In this document: positions 57,548-64,000 of the stretch, piece by piece | Position numbering within the stretch: the stretch's first letter is position 1 | Layout: every line of letters begins with the position of its first letter | Sequence record: NC_070957.1 | DNA length: 64,000 nucleotides | Strand: one strand, 5' to 3' | The notes under the pieces: generated by a model | What the model saw: only the letters and a program-made list of their open reading frames with translations | What the model was told of the DNA's origin: nothing | Database searches by the model: none | Position numbers and translations under genes: made by a program

Positions 57548-60500
57548 ATGTACATAGATAAGGATAAACCTCACCAGGAACCTGAACCCAGGGATAATCC
57601 TGTTGGGGTTGTGCTGAATGAGTTCATCAAGAACGACCGTAAAGCACAAGAAGTAACAGGTGATGTTGCAGACACTATCCTTGAAATAGTGGAAGCCAAA
57701 ACAGACATCGAGAAACGCATTGACGAATTCTCCAAAGATGTCACAGATAAAATCGCCGAACATACCAGTCGTGTTGGTGCCATCCATGGTGAAACCAAGG
57801 TCACCGTTGGGCTCGGTAACAAAGATAACTTCAGGATGGGGACCATCGCAGAACACATTGCTGGTGCTCCCGATAACGTTTATGCTCATCCTGCTGGTTT
57901 GAAAGAACTGGTACAATCCAGAGTGAAGGTCAACCCGGACAACTACATCCCGGCAGGGATTATCCCCTACGCCCATGGCGGGATGATTGGTGAAGTTCCC
58001 CAGTACGAGTACGATACCAGCATTGGTGAAATGCTCCAAAGTGCACTTGATCCCAAAGACTACATGTTTGAGACTCCTTGGGAATTCAGCACTAGTTCTG
58101 GATCACTCGTTTTCCCATCACTCAACCACTCTCCTACCCACGGGATCTATACCCAACTGGGTGCGGTCACACCTACCCTTAACTCTCCTCACGGCGGGAC
58201 CAAGATTCGTGTCTATAACAAGACGCTGGATGCTCGTAAAACTCGCCCTAGCAACATCAGGGCATGGAGTAGCAACGGGCTAGGAGATATGGCTCAAGTC
58301 GACTCCTCTTTGATGGACCGGTACTCAGTGTTCCTTAAAGAAGGTTCTGAGTGGGTGGTGCGTTCTTTTAATAAGAACATTATCCCGGTGGACTATTTCA
58401 AACTGGGTGCATTTTATCCTGGTAAGCCCTCAGGCATGTTCCAGTTCTCCGAAGGACTCATGTATAACTTGGTCCATAACCAAAGTTACAGCAATCCCAT
58501 CGGTGAAAGTTCTCCTGAAATCCACAGTCGGTACGACTATCTGACTTTCGGGTTCCGCATCAATGATTACAATGCCGTTAATGGCGGTGATCAAGGTGCA
58601 GAACAAGAAGGGACATTACTCGGACGGATTGGTAGTTTCACCGGGACAGTTCCCGCACACGGTAAACTTAAGTTCACCAATGATGCTGCGAACAAACAAG
58701 GCTCTATTGTAATCAAACTCAGTTCACTGGTTCAAATGCCTGCTGGTGTCCAACCTGAACTCGTCAAGAATATGTCGATTAAAGAGTTTGGTAACAAGAT
58801 CGGATTTGCTTGGAACAACCGTATGGCGTTTCATAGCTACATTCGTCTCCCTATGGGTTGGTGGAACAAGAACCGCACTAAGTACTGGCATGCTTGGCTC
58901 GACTTCGAGATTATCGATGTCCCTGGGACCACAACGGTCGCATCTCAGTTGAGAATCAATACCCTCGACCCGGCTTGGAATAATCCTCGTCAGGTGATGA
59001 ACGCTAACTACGATTTGACTGGCGAAGGTCTCTTCAAGGAATACGCTCCAGATGTACGGGAGAACCCGACACATCCGCTGGCGCTTGGTGGTATCTTCGA
59101 ATCACTGGGTGGTCACGTCAAAACCCACACCATGTACGGTCGTCAGTACGTAAGTTATGTTCACCACGGTTATGGCGATGTATTGTCCATGATCCAAGGT
59201 GGTTCGGGTAAATTCCCGGCAGCGACTGAAGAGGAACATAGTGTTCGTTCCACGCTGAACAGTAACGGCCTGTTTGGAGACCATCTCCGGCACATCCCTG
59301 TCAATGTAAACCGGCTCCAAGGGGATAATGCAGGTGAGGTGACGTACCTCACTCAAGTGCGAGATAGCCGTGAACGTTATCGCTGGGCCAAAGTCGTTAT
59401 AGATGGACAAGAAGAAGTTCAACAGAATCGGGCTTTCGGGAACTACCTCGCTCCCACTGTTCAAAGCTTTGACTGGATGGATCGTTCATTTGAACCGCCC
59501 AAACCGTTCCTCATCTCCAATGATGACTTCCAGGACGAGATGGGCATCAGCGGTATGGTGTTTACATCAGAAAACAGTTTCATCGGGTTTAGTCAGTACG
59601 AACTGACAGAAGCGACCGATAACAGTTTCCTGACGTACAAGGATCAGATCCGTCTTGATTCTAAAATCGAGTCTTGGGTGGCTAAGAACACCGGTGGTTA
59701 TACCAATCCGGACATGCTGTTCTTTTATTTCCGTAACACAATTTTCTTTGTGTCTCGTTGTACTGTTCCTGGGGAATATCCTGCTGACGGTAAGGACGCA
59801 ACCTGCGGGTACTTTGCCGACTGTCATGTTGTCGGGGATATCTTTACGGGTAAACGTGTAACCACGGTGGGAGACATTGGTGGGTCTGTTACCATGTCCA
59901 AGTTCAACCTGAACAAGAAATCCACGCTCGAGATCGATGATAACCACGTTTTCGGTATAGACCAATTAACGGGTCGTGATGTTTACATCATGATGACCAA
60001 CCATGATAACACAACTCAGGCTCAGAGCCATGACGTCATGTTGAATATGGGTCCGTTCAAGAACTTCTATATCGAGATGAAACTGATCCGTAATGGTGAT
60101 GGCACATTCGTGTTCCGACCCAAACCGGAAGCTGTGGATCCTATCTTCCCTTATGTGGAAGGTGTCGGGTACCAGATCGATTACGACGAACATATTCAGT
60201 ACGGTAAGAAACTTCCTCATCGTCTCCATATCAACTACCAATCACCGGTAATGTTGAAGAAAGGCATGTGGAGTTTCCGCAAGACCCCTAACAACTTTGG
60301 TGTCTTCACTCGACGTCACGGGTTCTTTGTGACAACGGGTTGTATGATGTCGAACTACTTCGGTGTCGATGTTTACCCTATGGGTTCTGTCCTGACTGTC
60401 AGTGGTAAAAACACCGTGGTTGATAAACCCGTTTCGCTGAAGATGAAGGCAAAGGGTTACAACTCCGAACTGTATGTGCGTCTGGAAGGTGATGGTCCGA

Positions 60501-63500
60501 AGCTGTACGGCACCGACATGAACCCTGACGGGTATGAGTTGGAACCCCACATTGGTGCAGCACCTGCTGGTTGGCAGTACGGAACTTCCTTCTTCTATTA
60601 CGACCCCAATGGGTGGAGGAATAGTTTCCTTCCGGTGATAGATGGAAACCGTATGAGCTGGTACGACTACGGTAGTACGTTCCCGGCGTTCCTCGGTCAA
60701 CCAGGAAGTAAAGTTCCTACCAACCGTTACTTCATCGGAGCCAATCCGACGATAATGACTTGGGATACTTCCAAAGGCAGGAAAATACCGACTATCAGTA
60801 CGCTCCCCATGAACGTAATGGTTAACGGTGTTGATTACTTCACTAGTGGTACAGAGTTTGTCATCCCGGCAGAATACACAGGGATTGTCAATATCAAGAT
60901 GTTCCACGCCAACACGTTGAAGTGGGCACCTGGTCTGGTCAGTATCTCTGATATCGGTAACAAGGTAACTGTTCTGGACTTCTCTAATTCGGAAGGGTTC
61001 AGTATATCAGCACCTCTCCCGAGACGAATCAAAACCCTGAACCAAACCTTCAAGGGTGCGAAGGCCGCCGCTTACCCAGGGATTGAGAACTGGGATGTCA
61101 CACACATCCAGGAGTTCGTTGAGACTTTCCGTGGTGCACCTTTGTTCAACCAACCCTTGAACTGGGTTTGTACAGAAGGTCGGATGTTTAACGGGATGTT
61201 CCAAGATTGTCCGGTGTTCAACCAAGACATCTCTGGATTCAAACCGGTTAACGGCACGCTGTTTTACAACATGCTCCGTGACACTGGTGCGTTTAACAAG
61301 CCGATCAACTGGAAGTTGAACAGTGTGCAATCCATGAAGGGGTTCCTGAGGGGTGCGAAAGCATTCAACTCCTCTGTGACTGGTATTCAAATCAAGTCAC
61401 TTGCGGGACTCCAAGAGTTCTTCATGGAAACCAGCGTGTATAACCAAACCTTGGATGGTTGGGATTGGAGTCTGGTATCTTCCGTTCAGGATATGTTCAA
61501 CGGTGCGAAAGCATTCAACAAGGACATTAACCAGAACGCTCCGCAGTGTCACACAGTTACACAGATGTTCCGGTATAACCAAGTCTTCAACAGCAAGGTT
61601 AATATCCAGCTCCCGATCTGTGTTAACTTCCATCGGATGTTTGAACAAACAAAGGTGTTCAACCAGAAGTTGCCTAACTGGAGTTTCTCGCCTGGAACAA
61701 GTCTGACAGAGATGTTCAGAGGTGCCGAAGCGTACAACCAGTCTATGGACCACTGGATGATGGAGCGAGTTGTCTCTGTTCGCGGAATGTTCCGTGATGC
61801 AGTTGCGTTCAATACTCCGGTCAAGACTTGGAAGTTCTACAAGCTGAGGGATTGTGCTTATCTGTTTGCAGCACCAAACTTCAACGCTGATGTAAACGAC
61901 ATCCAATGGCCTAACGACAAGACCCTGGACATCGACGCCGGTGGTATTTTCTACGGTGCATTGGTATTCAACAAACCACTGAATAAGTGGAATGTAAGTG
62001 CGTTTGGTCAGTTCAACGGCATGTTCAACAACGCTCCTGTTTTTAATCAGGATATCTCCATGTGGGATACCAGCAACTGTTGGCGAATGGCGAATCTGTT
62101 CCTGAGAGCGACAGCGTTTAGCGGGGACATTTCCAAGTGGGACGTCAGTAAGGTAATTGATTTCTCGCAGTTCGCTGCCAATGCAATCAATTTCAAATCT
62201 GACCTTTCCAAATGGAAGGTGGGTGCTTGTCTGAACTTCAATCGGATGTTCCGTCACGCTCTGGCATTCAACTCACCGATAGGTGATTGGGATGTGAGCA
62301 ATGGCGTTGACTTCGAAAGCATGTTCGATGCGTACCACATAACGGAGACGGTCACCGAACCCAATTACGCCATGACCTTTAACCAGGACATCAGTAAGTG
62401 GAATGTAGGTAAGGGTGTCAAGTTCAATGCGATGTTCCGTAAGTGTGAGTCCTTTAATCAGGATATCTCCAACTGGAACATGGGGAATGCAGAAGAAACT
62501 GGTGCGATGTTCCAGAACTGTTACCTCTTCAACGCAGACCTCTCCAAGTGGAACCCGGGTCGTTTGATGAACATCAAGTACATGTTCTACAAGGCCAGTT
62601 CTTTCAACAGAAGTATCGGTCATTGGGACGTGAGTCGTTGTACCGAGTTCACCCAGGTATTCCTTGGTGCAACCGAGTTCAACCAAAACCTTAATAACTG
62701 GAACGTTTCTAACGGTACAGACTTTAAGGGGATGTTTGAGAGCGCTACCAAGTTCAACGGGACTATCGGTGGATGGGACGTTCGGAAAGGTGTTACTTTC
62801 AACCGGATGTTCTGGCATTGTTTCGCATTGGATCAGGATATCTCAGCTTGGAGAGTCGACTCTGGTCAAAACTTCCAGGACATGTTCCGTGATTGTTACT
62901 ACTACAACTCTCCGATGAACGATTGGGGGATGGGTAATGCGATTACTTGTACTGACATGTTCACAGGCTGTCTGACGTTTAACCAACCGTTGGATAAGTG
63001 GAACACTAGCCGTGTCACCTCGATGCAGGCGATGTTCTACAAGACACCGAAGTTCAACCAGAACCTCAATAACTGGACGACATCCAGTGTGCTGAACATG
63101 GCCAACATGTTCAAAGGTGCGAGTGTGTACAACCAACCCATGGATAAATGGGATGTGAGTAAAGTCACCGACTTTACCAACATGTTCGGTCCTATCGCCG
63201 ATACTGATCCGTACGCATTTAACCAACCTCTCGCTACTTGGAATACCGCTTCTGCGGTAAACATGACTGCGATGTTCAGGATGTGTTGGAACTTCAACCA
63301 GAAACTCACTGGTTGGAATACATCCAATGTTACCAGCATGGCTGTAATGTTCTATCGTTGTGAACGTCTGGTAGACCCTGATGTTAACGGTTGGAACGTC
63401 GGTAAAGTTTGGTCCTTCGAATCCATGTTCCAAGGTTGTTCGCTGTTTAACGGATCCCTGTTCGCCTGGCGTCCGGTGGAAGCACGGAATATGGCATCCA

Positions 63501-64000
63501 TGTTCCAGGGCGCGACCAAGTTCAATTCCAACATTAGTAGTTGGAACATGACCAAGGTCGGTACGTTTGCCAGCATGTTCCAGAGTGCTGAAGCGTTCAA
63601 CCAAGACATCTCCGGTTGGAATACTAGCGCGGCCACTGACATGTCCAACATGTTCTATGGTGCGGTAGTTTTCAACGCACCCATTGGTAGTTGGAACACT
63701 GGTAACGTAAATAACATGTCTGGTATGTTCCATGAAGCCAGGATCTTTAACCAACCAATCGGTACCTGGAACGTTGGTAAAGTCCAGACAATGGAATCTA
63801 TGTTCGAGAACGCCAAGCGATTTAACCAACCTCTCGCTAATTGGAATGTTAGTGCGGTAACCACCATGTCTCATATGTTCCATGGAGCTGAAAAGTTCAA
63901 TGGGTTGTTGACTAACTGGAGCACTGCATCGGTAACCGACATTAGCTGGATGTTTAAAGTCGCCAACGACTTTAACCAACCTATAGGGCACTTCAACACC
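57548..64000 (+). CDS. Giant tail-fibre-like protein, at least 2151 aa, runs off the window end; C-terminal DUF285/PARCEL repeat array
   Basis: ATG 57548 (MYIDKDKPHQEP...); IHGETKVTVGLGNKDNFRMGT fibre motif; same frame hand-checked at 57548-57860, 60302-61200 and 63962-64000; absence from the ORF track fits having no stop in the window. Confidence 0.85.
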   Translation, partial: MYIDKDKPHQEPEPRDNPVGVVLNEFIKNDRKAQEVTGDVADTILEIVEAKTDIEKRIDEFSKDVTDKIAEHTSRVGAIHGETKVTVGLGNKDNFRMGTIAEHIAGAPDNVYAHPAGLKELVQSRVKVNPDNYIPAGIIPYAHGGMIGEVPQYEYDTSIGEMLQSALDPKDYMFETPWEFSTSSGSLVFPSLNHSPTHGIYTQLGAVTPTLNSPHGGTKIRVYNKTLDARKTRPSNIRAWSSNGLGDMAQVDSSLMDRYSVFLKEGSEWVVRSFNKNIIPVDYFKLGAFYPGKPSGMFQFSEGLMYNLVHNQSYSNPIGESSPEIHSRYDYLTFGFRINDYNAVNGGDQGAEQEGTLLGRIGSFTGTVPAHGKLKFTNDAANKQGSIVIKLSSLVQMPAGVQPELVKNMSIKEFGNKIGFAWNNRMAFHSYIRLPMGWWNKNRTKYWHAWLDFEIIDVPGTTTVASQLRINTLDPAWNNPRQVMNANYDLTGEGLFKEYAPDVRENPTHPLALGGIFESLGGHVKTHTMYGRQYVSYVHHGYGDVLSMIQGGSGKFPAATEEEHSVRSTLNSNGLFGDHLRHIPVNVNRLQGDNAGEVTYLTQVRDSRERYRWAKVVIDGQEEVQQNRAFGNYLAPTVQSFDWMDRSFEPPKPFLISNDDFQDEMGISGMVFTSENSFIGFSQYELTEATDNSFLTYKDQIRLDSKIESWVAKNTGGYTNPDMLFFYFRNTIFFVSRCTVPGEYPADGKDATCGYFADCHVVGDIFTGKRVTTVGDIGGSVTMSKFNLNKKSTLEIDDNHVFGIDQLTGRDVYIMMTNHDNTTQAQSHDVMLNMGPFKNFYIEMKLIRNGDGTFVFRPKPEAVDPIFPYVEGVGYQIDYDEHIQYGKKLPHRLHINYQSPVMLKKGMWSFRKTPNNFGVFTRRHGFFVTTGCMMSNYFGVDVYPMGSVLTVSGKNTVVDKPVSLKMKAKGYNSELYVRLEGDGPKLYGTDMNPDGYELEPHIGAAPAGWQYGTSFFYYDPNGWRNSFLPVIDGNRMSWYDYGSTFPAFLGQPGSKVPTNRYFIGANPTIMTWDTSKGRKIPTISTLPMNVMVNGVDYFTSGTEFVIPAEYTGIVNIKMFHANTLKWAPGLVSISDIGNKVTVLDFSNSEGFSISAPLPRRIKTLNQTFKGAKAAAYPGIENWDVTHIQEFVETFRGAPLFNQPLNWVCTEGRMFNGMFQDCPVFNQDISGFKPVNGTLFYNMLRDTGAFNKPINWKLNSVQSMKGFLRGAKAFNSSVTGIQIKSLAGLQEFFMETSVYNQTLDGWDWSLVSSVQDMFNGAKAFNKDINQNAPQCHTVTQMFRYNQVFNSKVNIQLPICVNFHRMFEQTKVFNQKLPNWSFSPGTSLTEMFRGAEAYNQSMDHWMMERVVSVRGMFRDAVAFNTPVKTWKFYKLRDCAYLFAAPNFNADVNDIQWPNDKTLDIDAGGIFYGALVFNKPLNKWNVSAFGQFNGMFNNAPVFNQDISMWDTSNCWRMANLFLRATAFSGDISKWDVSKVIDFSQFAANAINFKSDLSKWKVGACLNFNRMFRHALAFNSPIGDWDVSNGVDFESMFDAYHITETVTEPNYAMTFNQDISKWNVGKGVKFNAMFRKCESFNQDISNWNMGNAEETGAMFQNCYLFNADLSKWNPGRLMNIKYMFYKASSFNRSIGHWDVSRCTEFTQVFLGATEFNQNLNNWNVSNGTDFKGMFESATKFNGTIGGWDVRKGVTFNRMFWHCFALDQDISAWRVDSGQNFQDMFRDCYYYNSPMNDWGMGNAITCTDMFTGCLTFNQPLDKWNTSRVTSMQAMFYKTPKFNQNLNNWTTSSVLNMANMFKGASVYNQPMDKWDVSKVTDFTNMFGPIADTDPYAFNQPLATWNTASAVNMTAMFRMCWNFNQKLTGWNTSNVTSMAVMFYRCERLVDPDVNGWNVGKVWSFESMFQGCSLFNGSLFAWRPVEARNMASMFQGATKFNSNISSWNMTKVGTFASMFQSAEAFNQDISGWNTSAATDMSNMFYGAVVFNAPIGSWNTGNVNNMSGMFHEARIFNQPIGTWNVGKVQTMESMFENAKRFNQPLANWNVSAVTTMSHMFHGAEKFNGLLTNWSTASVTDISWMFKVANDFNQPIGHFNT
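61020..64000 (+). repeat. Coding tandem array of at least 39 units of ~75 nt (25 aa), DUF285 / PARCEL / TIGR02167 type
   Basis: Consensus W(N/D)xSxVxxxxxMFxxAxxFNQx(I/L)xx; Trp codons spaced exactly 75 nt over most of 61988-63917. Confidence 0.9.

Noticed and set aside
4054-57550. Many start codons preceded by T, giving TATG
   Set aside because: Could mimic the late-promoter core, but SDs lie upstream of these starts and A/T before ATG is common; not counted as promoters
60835-63991. Repetitive minus-strand ORFs over the repeat array (e.g. 61397-62257, 62843-63991)
   Set aside because: By-products of the palindromic, stop-poor repeat DNA; fragmented, no SDs; not called as genes
61020-64000. 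Possible CRISPR array or DGR variable repeat
   Set aside because: Repeats are in-frame coding, divergent and spacer-less; no reverse transcriptase or adenine-only-mismatched template copy seen in the window
1-64000. Stop-codon reassignment, inteins or introns in core genes
   Set aside because: TAA, TGA and TAG all end well-packed genes; helicase, capsid, polymerase and RNAP subunit have ordinary sizes with no homing-endonuclease or intein motifs recognised

Overview
The window is a 64-kb segment of a phiKZ-related jumbo phage genome (nucleus-forming type, Chimalliviridae-like), in standard genetic code. Gene order resembles the SPN3US-type morphogenesis region as I recall it: exonuclease/palm half of a split family-B DNA polymerase, head/ejection and baseplate genes, DnaB helicase, major capsid protein, a non-virion RNA polymerase beta-type subunit, portal, RuvC, an overlapping spanin pair, then a tail-fibre cluster. 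Homologue assignments come from recognised motifs plus remembered synteny; no database search was run. The ORF track misses two genes: a 43-codon ORF (1999-2130) and a giant fibre-like ORF (57548 to beyond 64000, at least 2151 codons) ending in at least 39 DUF285/PARCEL-type 25-aa repeats. The best leads are (i) that PARCEL-solenoid fibre, (ii) a family of head proteins in which G-x-E protease sites precede cationic amphipathic helices, (iii) an M48-like membrane metallopeptidase in the virion operon, (iv) a Gln/Pro/Met low-complexity protein coupled to the RNAP subunit, (v) a portal with a repeated-motif acidic tail, and (vi) small stand-alone transcription units sharing a putative early-promoter motif. 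I saw no tRNA, rRNA, CRISPR array, intron/intein or IS element.
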